63,018 nt of DNA, filler included, from Octopus bimaculoides (GCF_001194135.2; 5 parts of 4 records of this genome joined end to end with filler, not necessarily neighbours in it), one strand, 5' to 3'; shown: positions 23,223 through 35,506, numbered from the whole stretch's first letter. The notes: generated by a model from the sequence alone, not told the origin. Numbers and translations: made by a program.

Positions 23223-23721
23223 GTAAGACAAATTCATCACAACTTTTACTTTCTGACAGCAGAGCCCTACTACAGACCCTCCGTTTCTGTCCCACCCACA
23301 CATCATCTGTTGAGGGCACCAGCTCTTACTTTTAATAATGTCTCAGAGTGATTGACTCTTTTGTTGTTTAGCTTCTAATCTACTCTGATTGACATCCATC
23401 CATCCATTTGTTGTTCAGCTCGGATTCTATCCTGATCAAGCAAGCCTATTGTCGGAAGCTTTCCATTTATGAGCACCCTGTCCTTGGGTATCTGTTTTCT
23501 ACTGTAGCTCTGGCTTCGTGGTTGAAGCAGTTTTGACCTTAGATTTGCTCGACCAGGGTTGACCTGCAACTAAACAGCAACAACTGCATTTTGTGATACT
23601 ACAATGACCATCACAAGGTTTAATTCCTTATATAATCACCCTTGCCCCTGTTGGTAGCCTTAAAGCCTCTGCTCCTTGACCCTTTTATCTCCTCCATTCA
23701 TTCTCTTCTTTTTTTCCTCAG

Positions 23722-23804
23722 GTAGCAGAAATAATTGATGTTGTGGAAACCTTGAAAATATATCAACTTGGCTCAGCCCGAACAAATAAAGGTGTTCGAC
23801 TAAG
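23722..23804 (+). CDS. RTF1: RTF1 coding exon 8 (Plus3)
   Basis: 83 nt, phase 0-2; [28 protein letters not shown]. Confidence 0.97.
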
Positions 23805-24124
23805 GTAAGTAGATTCAAGAATGGTAATGGTGGAGGTTGTAGTAGTGTTGGTTAGCAATTAAATGCCAGTGTTTCCTTCGTGGATGCATCCAAGACGTCT
23901 TTTTGCAGTTGGGCAGGTGAAATGCTGTGTTGGTGATCAGCAGGTCAGGCACTTTACAGGTCTTTGGCATTAGATGACCATTGCTGCTGCTGCTGCTCTT
24001 GTCAACTCCGTTTCTCCCAATGGTTCCTTGCCTTCACTCCCAACAGACCACCAATGCCCGACCTGAGGGCAGAGCCTTATGTGCTTGCATCGGACTGATT
24101 GAGGGTGACATTCTTGGTCATTGT

Positions 24125-24295
24125 TGACAATGATGTACGCTGAGGACTGGCGAGCCAGAAGGCTGCACCAGGCTCCAGTCAGATCTGGCTAGGTTTCTAC
24201 AGCTGGATGCCCTTCCTAATGCCGACCACTCCGAGAGTGTAGTGGGTGCTTTTTACGTGCCACTGGCATGAGGGTCAGTCAGACGGTTCTGGCAA
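24125..24295 (-). mobile_element. Family C copy, inverted
   Basis: Reverse complement matches GTGGTTGGCGTTAGGAAGGGCATCCAG of the 19195 copy. Confidence 0.75.
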
Positions 24296-24452
24296 CAGAC
24301 GCACAGACAAACACCATTAGACATTTATGTCTACAGATGTATCAAAGGAGTTAAAATGGTAGGGGTTGATGTTTTTTGTTTCTTTTACTTGAAAATCTCA
24401 CCAGTCCATTCCTGTCCACTTAAGTTATTCTGCATTTCTTTCCTTTGAGCAG

Positions 24453-24648
24453 ACATGGAAGCGCTGAACGAGTGTACAGGCTAGAGTTTGTATCGAATCA
24501 AGACTTCACAGAATCGGAATTCTTCAAATGGAAAGAAGCAATGGCTCATGCGGGCATGACGTTACCAACCCGAGACGAAGTAGAGAAGAAGATCTCAGAC
24601 ATAAACAATGCCTTCAACTACAAATTCAAAGATAACGATATTGAAGAG
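24453..24648 (+). CDS. RTF1: RTF1 coding exon 9 (Plus3 end)
   Basis: 196 nt, phase 2-0; [30 protein letters not shown]...[12 protein letters not shown]. Confidence 0.98.
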
Positions 24649-25067
24649 GTACGTGTTCCTCATTTGCAGCATTAATTAATTAAGCTTGTGAGTGGATTTG
24701 GTAGACGGAAACTGAAAGAAGCCCGTCGTATATATATATGTGTGTATGTCTGCTTGTCCCCCACCCACCACTTGACAACCGGTGTTGGTGTATTTACATC
24801 CTTGTAACTTAATAGTTCAGCAAAAGACATTGATATAATAATTACCAGGTTTGACAAAAAAAAAGTACTGCCCCAGCATGGCCGCAGTCTAATGACTGAA
24901 ATTAGTGTAAAAGCTAAAAGATATTGGTTAGAAAGGGTGGTTTTGTGGAGGATGGTGTTTGATGAGTTTTCTTGTATCAGCATTTTTGATTTATAGAAAA
25001 TGATGGCTTACGAAAAAAGGAGAAAACAACATTTGTTTTATTTGTATTGTTTTGTTTTTCATTTCAG

Positions 25068-25145
25068 ATTGTAGCTGAGAAACAAAAGTTTAAGAAAAAT
25101 CCCCACAATTATGCCATGAGGAAAACCCTTTTAATGAAGCAGAGG
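25068..25145 (+). CDS. RTF1: RTF1 coding exon 10
   Basis: 78 nt, phase 0-0; IVAEKQKFKKNPHNYAMRKTLLMKQR. Confidence 0.96.
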
Positions 25146-25964
25146 GTATGTTATTCTATGTGTTTGTGTTTTGATTCATTTTCCTATAAAAAAGGTCTGG
25201 GCATAATCTATCAAGCTATGTCCCCTGTGTGGATATTTGTAGCTACATTGGGGGCAAGGTGCTTACTTCTGGAAACATCCCAGTAACAGAAGGGGTGGTT
25301 ACGTTTGTCTCTCTGCAGTACCTTGAACCAGTGACAAGGAAACCGAATCGATATTTGCCAATTGTGATCGCTGCTGGCTTCCTTGGATGTTACCGTTTCC
25401 TTTGGATATAAAAGAATGTATCGGTGCTGTCTTTTGTCAAAGGAAAATACTTCAGAGGCAGCTGGTGCTCACTGAACGAGGGGTTATGTATGTGTTTGTG
25501 GGTGTGTTTTTGTATCTCCTCGTCTTGACGTCACAAGATGTTTGTTAGCAAGTGTCACTGTCATGTAAATAGTGTCATTTGTTTCCAGTCCAGATTTGGC
25601 TGCTATTTCTAGCAGGTTTGAGTGACCATACAGAAAATTCCTCATTGACTAGGCTTCATCATCATCATCAGCATCTGTTTTTCATGTTGGCATGGGTTGG
25701 ACGGTTTAACAGGATCCGGCAATCTGTAAGGCTGTGTCGAGCACCAGTGTTGGCTTTGGCATGGTTTTTATGGATGGGTGCCATTCCTAATGCCAGCCAC
25801 TTTGCAGTTTTAGACTTAATTGCTATCATTAATATAATGGTGATGATGATGATGATGGTAGTGATAATTGGTACATATGGAATTAGAACTGATGATGTTA
25901 GTGTTGCTACTGATGATGATGATGGTGCTTGCATTGTATTTTTGTTGTTTTTGTTGGTGTGTAG

Positions 25965-26086
25965 GATCAGGCAGAAGTGGAAGGTCAGAAGGACAAGGCC
26001 AAAGATCTGAATAAACAAATTGAGGAATTGGAGGAGAGGGCCACAGAGCTTGACCGACGTCGTACCAGTAACATTAACTCCATCAG
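25965..26086 (+). CDS. RTF1: RTF1 coding exon 11
   Basis: 122 nt, phase 0-2; DQAEVEGQKDKAKDLNKQIEELEERATELDRRRTSNINSI. Confidence 0.96.
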
Positions 26087-26723
26087 GTCGGTCACTGCTT
26101 TTGTAAACTGTTTATCTCTCTCTCCCTCTCTCTCTTGACCAGGATGACTTCAAGCAGTTTCACTTGTGTTGGGTCGGTCACTGCTTTATATATTGCCTAA
26201 TTCCACTTTCTGTCCCCTGTTACGGCACTGTGTGTCTGTTCTCTCTCTTGCACATAAACATATACATACTTGCCTGTATAGAAACACACACACACAAACA
26301 CACTCTCTCTCTCTCTCAGTTATTTGAGTGCAAGAAATGTGATTTTTGTACTAGAATAATCAAGTGCCTCTTGTAGAATTTGAACATACAATGTTTGTGT
26401 CAGCAGTTTAGCTCCACCAACATCAGACCTTTTATTTTCAAAGCAAAATCTGGAGTCAACATTTACACATTTATACACTCTTACACTGTCAGTACATGCA
26501 TGTCAATCAATATGCACACACAGTCAAAACACCGTCAAAATACATATGCAGTCAACACAAGCATCCTGTCATTTGACTTAAACACAGACTCGGATGCTTC
26601 AACAGGAAAGTTCTCTTACAATCTTACATCAATCTTAAATGTCCTTGAAATATCTTTCTTTAGCCGTTTCCAGTTTGTGTTTAATTCTGTGACCGCTTAA
26701 TTACTGTTGTCTTCTCTCTTTAG

Positions 26724-26859
26724 TTACATTAACCAACGCAACAGAGAAAGAAACATGATTGAAGCCGAGAAGGCTGCCATCGTGGAAGGGGAAGCTGCCC
26801 GCAAGGCTGAGGCAGATCCGTTCACCCGTCGAGCTTGTCGGCCCAGTTTAGTTACAAAA
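26724..26859 (+). CDS. RTF1: RTF1 coding exon 12
   Basis: 136 nt, phase 2-0; YINQRNRERNMIEAEKA...DPFTRRACRPSLVTK. Confidence 0.97.
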
Positions 26860-27073
26860 GTAAGTTTTTCTCTCTTGTTAATTAATACAATTAATTTTTT
26901 TTCCCTGCAAAATAATCAAAATTTTATTAACAACATATTCTCTTGATTTTAATTAACAAGAGATTGTTTTTTTTTTTTTTTCTGATTTCAATATTCTTCT
27001 TTCTCGCTTTAAGACTTCTTGTTTTATGCCAGCTTCCACCATGTTTGAATTCGATGTTGTTCTCTTCTTGCAG

Positions 27074-27151
27074 GTCCGTGACCCTGAGATTTCATCAATA
27101 ATAAAAGCAAAAGTAGCAGAAGTTAAAGCAGCAGAAGAGAAAAAGAAACGA
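27074..27151 (+). CDS. RTF1: RTF1 coding exon 13
   Basis: ttgcag / cga|gtgagt, 78 nt, phase 0-0; VRDPEISSIIKAKVAEVKAAEEKKKR. Confidence 0.9.
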
Positions 27152-27394
27152 GTGAGTGACTTGACTATGGCATTGTTTGATTCTTTATAGTATTGTTGTT
27201 GTTTAGCCACGGGTCAGTCGGGATCCATCAGATATACAATCAAAGACGTTCCTTATTTAACCACATGCCAATTGGGATCCTGCTGATATACAATCAAATT
27301 GCAAAATCTATGATCTTACACTGTTTGTTAATTTTGTCCTTGATAATTATATCTGGTCTTTTTGCATTAATTTTTATCTTATCTTTTACTTGTC

Positions 27395-27790
27395 TCAGTC
27401 ATTGGACTGCGGCCATGCTGGGGCACCATATAGAAGAATTTTAATCAAATGGATCAACCCAGTACTTATCTTATATTTTAAAATCTGGTACTTATTATGT
27501 CAGTCTTTTTTGCTGAACTGCTATCTTACAGGGACATAAACTCACCAATTCTGGTTGTCAAGTGGTGGTGGGACAAACACACACACACGTGCGCGCATGC
27601 ATATATACATACGTATGTACATACAAAACAGGTTTCTTCCAGTTTCCGCCTACCAAATCCACTCACAGATCTTTGCTCCTCGCAAGACTACAGTAAAAGA
27701 CACTTGCCCAAAGTGCCACGCAATGGGACCGAACCCGAAATCATGTGGCTGGGAAGCAAACTTCTTACCACACAGCTGCCATGCCTGCAC
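27395..27790 (-). mobile_element. Family A SINE, near full length
   Basis: Reverse complement of the full family A layout. Confidence 0.75.
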
Positions 27791-27887
27791 CTCTGGTCAG
27801 TTTTTATAGGGAAGTCTCATAAAATCCTCCAACTCCTTTGTAACCTTTTTAGTTTGTGTTCATACTTTATTATTATTATTATTATTA

Positions 27888-27990
27888 TTAATTTATTACA
27901 GCCTTTAGAAGAGGCTGTAATATATTGAACTGACATCTATATATCTAGTTCAATATATTACAGCCTTTTGTAAAGGATGTAATAAATTAA
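27888..27990. repeat. Nested inverted repeat
   Basis: Arms of about 44 bp, each containing TATTACAGCC...GGCTGTAATA or a close variant. Confidence 0.85.
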
Positions 27991-28009
27991 AATTATTATC
28001 ATTATCAGC

Positions 28010-28290
28010 TGAATCCATAGTGAAGATTACCCTGCTGGTCTCCTTTAACCAGGAGGGCAAGGCAATTTTCATTTGTCTGGTGGCTGTAGCGAAAGAGGTG
28101 GTATGGTGGACCCGTTTGAAAGGGCTAAAGTCAGACACTTTCCTCATCAACTTTTTCAAGTTCCTCTTGAAAAGGAAGATGAGAGGGAAGTGTTATCTCG
28201 TAGCAAATTTGTTGAAAGGTGGGGGAATATTGGTAAAATGGCCAGTATGAACGGACCAATTCTGGGATTACACATGTATTAAAAAAAAAA
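28010..28290 (+). mobile_element. 3' end of a Tx1/L1-like LINE ORF2 with short A run
   Basis: GKAIFICLVAVAKEVVWWTRLKGL...FFKF.LKRK, then frameshifted EREVLSRSKFVERW, then A10. Confidence 0.55.
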
Positions 28291-28550
28291 GGAATATAAA
28301 AGCAGGGGCTCTCACCCCATTTGACCAGGCTCCCGTAGCTTTTATAGGTTTTTCCACGAGTAACCTTTCAAAGCGCCTCCCCTTATTGGGACTTTTTTAC
28401 TTGTTAAATTTCTCTTATCATGTTTACACGGGGCTTTCTTTTTTGCAAAACCCTTTGTTCTTATCCTGTGTTTGTCCTTTGGTGTTTTTGATTTATATTA
28501 GCTCTTGTGGCCTATAAAACCAGAATTAATAATTATGTTATCTCCTGCAG

Positions 28551-28595
28551 GAATCAGAAGCCAACGGAGGAGAAGCTGCTGTAGAATCAAAACAG
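28551..28595 (+). CDS. RTF1: RTF1 coding exon 14 (45-nt symmetric exon)
   Basis: ctcctgcag acceptor and cag|gtgagt donor, open frame ESEANGGEAAVESKQ; no recognisable homology. Confidence 0.8.
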
Positions 28596-29455
28596 GTGAG
28601 TAGTGATCCTTCATCCATCTTGATTACGTTACAACATGTGAACAACTTACCTGAGTAGCTGCCTCTCCTCCTCCTCCTCCTCTCTTCCTCCTTCCTCTCA
28701 GGCAAGACTGTTTAATCGTCTGAGTCGCTCCTTACTACTTCTCCCTACCACTTCAGTTATTGTTATCTCGATAACTAAAGTCACCCACATATTATTTTGG
28801 TCAGTCTCAGCAAGGGATGTTTGAACAAAAATTCCTGTAGAAAATCACTATTTATAAATCTCACAACCAGAGATATTCAGCAACAGTACTTTGGAGTATT
28901 GAGTCCGAGTTATGTCCCTTTAACTCGTTAATGTCTTGAACCGTTTTTGTCAATTGTGGCGTCAATAAAATTGGAGCCAAAATATTAGAAGAAATACCTT
29001 TTAGTCAAAAACCGTTAGTGAGCAGTGTCCCAAAATAATCAGAGTCCAAACACTAGTTAAATTATTATTATTATTTTTTTTTTTTACATACCTGCAGCAT
29101 GTTCTTAGTCACATAAATAACAGCAAACTTAAATAATGACATGAAACACTTCTAATTCTAATTGAAATATGTGTGCAGTGCTTGAGGAGACCTATTGAGT
29201 ACATCAACATCAACATGGAAATTGCAGTTGTGAGCCCTGTACCAGTGGCACGTAAAACGCACCACCCGAACGTGGCCGATGCCAGTGCTGCTTTGACTGG
29301 CTTCTGTGTTGGTGGCACGTAAAAAGCACCATTTGATCGTGGTCGATGCCAGCTCCTCTGGCCCCTGTGCCGGTGGCACATTTAAAAATCACCCACTACA
29401 CTTTTTGCATAGAAATTCTCTCAGTAGCCAAGACATTTCTTTGTTTCTCTTGCAG

Positions 29456-29585
29456 AATCCTGTTCCTGTGGACAAGGACAAAGATAAACCAGATGTAAAG
29501 AATGTTCCAGAACGACGAGATTCAGAAGATCTTTATGCTGTACATGATTTCGATATCAAAATAGACTTAGAAGTGCCCATGTCAG
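29456..29585 (+). CDS. RTF1: RTF1 coding exon 15
   Basis: 130 nt, phase 0-1; SEDLYAVHDFDIKIDLEVPMS matches RTF1 [20 protein letters not shown]. Confidence 0.96.
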
Positions 29586-31070
29586 GTGAGTGGAAATTCT
29601 GCTTATTAATTGTTAATTAAACCTCCTTGTTGTTATAATTGGCAAAAATGGTGATATTGTTATTGATGCTGTTATTATATAGCTCCTTGCCAGCAGGATC
29701 TCTGGTCAAATGCATTCCAAGTGTGACTTTCCTTTCTGATTAAGGATACTCAAAACTACATTGTACTATGTGTCCTTATTCAAAACGAATAGGGAAATTT
29801 TTGGGCTGTTATTTCCAGCAGCTCAATCAAACGTGTAGGTCAGTCATGGACAAACTGTTGCCAGTGGAACTTTCTAAATGGCACACCTGACAAAAAAATT
29901 ACCTGGAATTTTTTTGTCATATAACCCACTTCTCAAAAAATGGCAGACCATGCCTAATGTAGATGTTACATGGCTGCTGTTTCTAGCATTTCTTTTGGTG
30001 TTGATGCCCCTCGTGTTGTTGTTAACAATGCTTTGTGATTGCTTATATGTTGTCCCCTTCTGCTGTTGATAGCTTTATCATTATTCTCTTTAATGTCATT
30101 ATTTACTGTTCCACCCCCACCCCATCCTTTTTCATAAACTGTAGGGTGTAATTTTAGAGAGATTTGAATATTTTGATGAAATCTTTTTAAGCCGTTTCCT
30201 TCCCATGGAGCATCAGTCATTGATGACTTTTCTCAACTTTGGATTGTCTTTTCTGTTTCTCTCCAATTAGCGCCTTTGCTTCCTTACAATGTCCCTTCAG
30301 ATTTGGCTTTGAAAGTTAATGAAGACACAAGATATGAAGATATCGAAGACATTAGTAACATTTGTATTACCTCCCCTTTTCCTCTTAGCCCATAAAATTA
30401 CTTCAAGAACGCCTGGATTAGCTCCCTTATCTCTCCCACTATCATAATTTAGTCTGCCAATGTATTTATAATATGCTGTGTGTGTGTATAAACAGACAGA
30501 GCTTTAGGCTTTAAGTAAACTAATCTAATTTTAGAAGACAGTGCTGTTTTACTGATTTCAACTCTCCCAAATCATTTCAAACTGGGGGAGGCAGGACACC
30601 TGTCCAGTTTTCATCTTGTTATATAAACAAACTGATGAAATTGGATTCTATGTATTACTCTATATTTATTAAGTTTTTACATCGATTTTCCTATGGCTAA
30701 CCTCAAACTGTGAATTATTAGTGGCCCCTTTTTTTCTTTAAGGTATTCTATGATAAAAGAACCATCTCCAGCTTCCTTAAGTTGAAATTTTTGCATGTCT
30801 CATGCACACACATTATGCATGTGAATCTTGTTACATGAGTCCATGAAATTTCGAATGTAAAAGCAGTTTAAATGTTCCCCTCTTTGTGATAGTGCAATGG
30901 TGAAGAAGTTCACTTTTCAATCCTGGGTCCCATAAAATAATCAAGTCCCTGGGCTTGGTTACTAGTCCCCTCATCCCCAAAATTTCAGGCCTTGTGCCCA
31001 GAGTAGAAAGAATTATTATTGTCGTGTATTTATTTGTCGTGAATTAATATTTCTATTCAATCGATTCCAG

Positions 31071-31177
31071 GATCGTCCATTGTGGCTTACAATCGAACCG
31101 CGCAGCCTGTGAAAGAAGTTACCCCACGGAGGTCCTTAAATTTAGAAGACTACAAGAAGCGGCGAGGTTTAATATAA
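31071..31177 (+). CDS. RTF1: RTF1 terminal coding exon
   Basis: 107 nt to TAA; ends [17 protein letters not shown], the canonical RTF1 C-terminus. Confidence 0.98.
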
Positions 31178-31443
31178 CATTGTGTGAATGGGGGTGGTCG
31201 AGTGAGCCTGTTGCAAGCAGGCACTTTGTATGATAAAAACAAAACAAAAAAAAAATCAAAAAGGAAAAAAAAACATTACTAGACTTTTGGTAGATGTGTT
31301 TTTTTTTTTTTTAAATTCTTTTTCCAAATTTCCAGTTGACTTTTCTGGTTGAAGTTGATTTTTTTTTCCAGATATCATAATTGTGCCATCATTTCCTCAT
31401 ATATATATATGTATACATACACACACAGATATGTGTATGTATA

Positions 31444-31474
<31 letters not shown>

Positions 31475-31627
31475 TGAATGTATGCATATATGCATGTACT
31501 TCTATTTATATATACACACACATACATGTATGGATATATATATAAATGTGTATATGTATACTGATACATGAATGTGTGCATATGTTTATATACATATTAA
31601 TGTATGTATGTGTGCATACATGTATGG

Positions 31628-31669
<42 letters not shown>

Positions 31670-31679
31670 NNNNNNNNNN

Positions 31680-31716
<37 letters not shown>

Positions 31717-34700
31717 GTGTATATGTGTGCATTTGTGCGTATGTTTATATACATCTTAACATATATATGTATATATGAATGTACATATGTATATGCATAT
31801 ATGGATACATCCTGCCTCTTCCACTTGTACATTAATTTGACCATCAAAATTGTATATCATCCACCCACCCACCTACCTGACCCCATAACCCATCAACCAG
31901 ATTAATTAAAAAAGGGTCAATACACCCATAAACCTGTCTGTTTTGCCATTTAGTTTATTGTTCTGTGATAAGGGTTTCCTGATGATGGCAAATGTGTTCC
32001 CATTCTTAAGACCATTTACCTTGATTTGAAGGAGATTTGACTGTTGTGTTCAGCTGGTTGGATGGCACCGAGTGGATGTGCACACGTGTTTGGATGCATG
32101 TGTATTTATATGTGCAAATGCATTTGTTGCCATACTTGGCCTTTGTATACCTGTGTGTTCAGATCAAAGGTCAGACTGACCACACCTGTTGTGTTCATTG
32201 GCTGTCCACTTCTGTTGATATAAGACCTCTGAGTATCTTGTCATGTGACGGCAAAGTGAATGGCAGCAGCATCTGCTGTGGTCTTGGCTGCTATTTCTAG
32301 TTGGTCAAGTGACCATGTCGTGATATGTTGGGATGCTGGAAAGGAAAGAAAGGAGGAGAGGGATCAGAAAAGCCTAATTAATTGTTTGAGGGTGTTTTGT
32401 ATGAAGTTAGAATAACATGAGAAGTAAGTTTCCAAAGAACTCAAAACTCTGGGCAAAAAAAAAAGACAAATCCCGAAAGTGTTTAATGTTATTAAACGAG
32501 AATAATGGAAGACTTGAGGTCAGTAAGTAAGGATGAGAAGACCATGAGGAACTGAAATGAAAGCTTAGTCATGAAATGGACAGTGGAGTAAATCTCCAAC
32601 GAATGACCGTAGCCATTGAGGACAGCTGAAGACTGGCTGAATGTTATTGAGGTCCAAATGGATTGAAATGTGATGGTGGAATACTGATGGTTTTGCCAAA
32701 ATGACCAATCTGGACATTCAGCCATTTTGGCAGCAGTATTTTTTGGTACTGGAGGCAAACACACACACACACACACACAGATAGAGACATTACATATCCA
32801 TACAAGCACAACTAAATGCTGTCTCTGTCAAATGTAATGTTTGTTTAGAATTAATCCTGCATTTTTCACGAAGCTTTGAGATTTTAATGTTGTGATTGCT
32901 TGTTCTTAGAATGACATTGTAGGGTAGGTGTGAGAGGCTGGATCTGGCTGGTTTGAACACACAGAAGGTAGAATATTTGAGCTTGATATGGCCAAAGGGT
33001 TAAAACTTGTCAAATATGCCAAAACATCTCAGACTTCCATGGCTTTCAAAAGGACAAATTTTTTATTGCCTTCAATGATGGAACAAGAAATGGCTTCTGT
33101 TTTGCAAGGAGTTGATAACTGAGAGGGAGGAAGCCATTTTGGATGAGGTCGACTGAAAGTGCTGCAGTCATTATGAAGTTTGCTTTGCAATCCTGGGTTC
33201 TTGGTTCAATTCTATTGTCTGGCATCTGAGACCAATGTTTTTTTCTTTAATTCTATTTTATCATAATATCGTCTCAGCTTGTGAACGGAATTTTGATAGA
33301 AGGAAACTGTGTGGAAGCTTGACAGCTGGATTGTACAGGTACTTCAATGAGCTGCCATCTTGTATGTTGTGTCACTGACTTTTGCTACAGAATCACATAT
33401 CTGTGGAATACTCAGCCATATACTATTTTAACAAGTTGATTAAACAATTGAATGTTCCAGAGAGTTCAAAGACATCACAACATCAATCACAACTACCACA
33501 ACACAGCTATGACAACAACACTACAACAAATACATCTATCACAATAATCACACTACAACCAGCTCCCATACTACCATTGTTTACAACGCTGACACTAATC
33601 ACCACCGAATCACTACAACAGCTACATCCACAGATACACCACCACCTCTTCTACACTCCACTACCACGCATACCACCTCTGTGATTGTCAGTGAGTGAGA
33701 AAGAGAGGCTGTGGAGAAGACAACAATCAGTGGAGTTGATTAGTTGAACTGTAAAACGCGGTCAGTGTGAAATTGGCAGCGAGAGACGTGAGATTGGCGT
33801 TAACTGGTGGTGGCTGTGGAAGTGGTAGAGGTGTTGGTGGTAGTGGTAGTTACATTTGGTTGTAGCAGTGGTGGTAATGCTATTAGTGCTGTTGTTGATA
33901 GCAGCAGCAGTAGTAGTGGGTGTAAGGTAGTGGTAGTTGTGATGTTGGTAGTATTGGTTGTGGTGTTTGGTGATAGAGTAGTATTAATAATAGATTTAGT
34001 ATTGTTTAACTCCTGGTCAGTCCTGAATGAGTGAGCCTGTGATCAAAAGTTTACCATTCGTGACCATCCAGTGTCCTTTTTCAAGAATGGGTTCAGAGGG
34101 AAATTTGGGTGCTATTACTAGCAGGTCAAGCAACCTTTTAGAAGTTCCCTCATTGGTTTGAGGGTGAAATGTGTGATGTTGTAGACTTTGTTGTGCTCAA
34201 TGTTCACCTCAAAGGTAGTTAGAGACAAACAGCACGAAAAAGAAAATAACAGGCGCGCGCACACACAAACGCACATATGACGGGCTTCTTTCAGTTTCCG
34301 TCTACCAGATCCACTCACAAAGCTTTGGCTGGCCCGAGGCTATTGTAGAAGATACTTGCCCAGGGTTCCACACAGAGGTATTGAACCCGGAACCATGTGG
34401 TTGGTTGGAAAAGAAACTTTTTATCACGCAACTGCGCCTACGATAAAAAGAATTAAAAAAGAAGCCACATTTACGAGGACGCCCTCTGCCCCCCTCACAC
34501 GCACACATTACAATGCTGCTTTTGTAAACATCTCGGCTTCGAAGATAAAACGCAACGCATACTTGAGTCACCACTCACACAAACAGGCCGTACGCGATAT
34601 CATTGGCTTCACACTCTGCTGCTACTTATGAAATGTCGAGCTTCTAAAGCTTCCTGGTACCAAATGAGAAAATGCGGTCACAAGAACATTTTTGTTGTTC

Positions 34701-34964
34701 TCAGTCAAGTATTGTTTGTGCTGTTGTTGTTGGTGGTGTTCTTTAGTGATGAGATAGCATTGGTTACAGTAGCGGAGGTGGTGGTGGTAGCCGTGATTGT
34801 AAAGATTAGCGGTATGTTCGTTGTAATGTTGAGGAGTTAGTATGAGGCTGCTTAGCTGTAGATAAGCTCTAATCAAGCATACCTATGAGATAATCGAAAA
34901 TGTTCCGGCCGTGACCATCCTGTCGTTCCTATGTTAATGGAAATCAATATCGCATAATCTAGAA

Positions 34965-35506
34965 CAGTAGTTCCCAACCTGGGGTCCACGGACACCCTGC
35001 GAGGGGCGCAGAGGTAGAACTCGGGGTACGTGAACTAAATTCAAAATTTCGTATTTTACTCGTTTCAGTTATTTGACTGCGGCCATGCTGGAGCACCGTC
35101 TTTAGTCGAAGAAATGGACCCCAGGACTTATTCTTTGTAAGCCTAGTACTTATTCTATCGGTATCTTTTGCCGAACCGCCCAGTTACGGGGACTTGACAA
35201 CACACCATCAGTTGTCAAGCAATGTTGGAGGGACAAACACACATATACGACGGGCTTCTTTCAGTTTCCGTCTACCAAATCCACTCACAAGGCTTTAGTT
35301 GACCCGAGGCTATAGTAGAAGACACTTTCCCAAGGTGCCACACAGTGGGACCGAACCCAGAACCGTGTGGTTGGGAAGCAAGCTTCTTACCTCACAGTCA
35401 CGCCTGCGCCTAATATATACGAGGGTAAGCATATTAAAAGGGGCCCGTGGGAAAACTCATTTAAATAAAACGGGTCCTTGTTAGGGAAAAAATTTGGGAA
35501 CCGCTG
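34965..35506. mobile_element. hAT-Charlie MITE with nested family A SINE (about 35057-35410)
   Basis: TIRs CAGTAGTTCCCAA / TTGGGAACCGCTG; 8-bp TSD ATCTAGAA / ATCTAGAG fits the Charlie NTCTAGAN target. Confidence 0.85.

Noticed and set aside
31375-31905. Clusters of I/Y/H/T/C/V-rich ORFs (also at 40.0, 41.6, 56.0, 57.2 and 61.4 kb)
   Set aside because: Translations of (TA)n/(TG)n/(CATA)n microsatellites.
32492-32809. 105-aa minus-strand ORF with good start context
   Set aside because: Antisense to the probable RTF1 3' UTR, starts in (TG)n, no homology or splice support.
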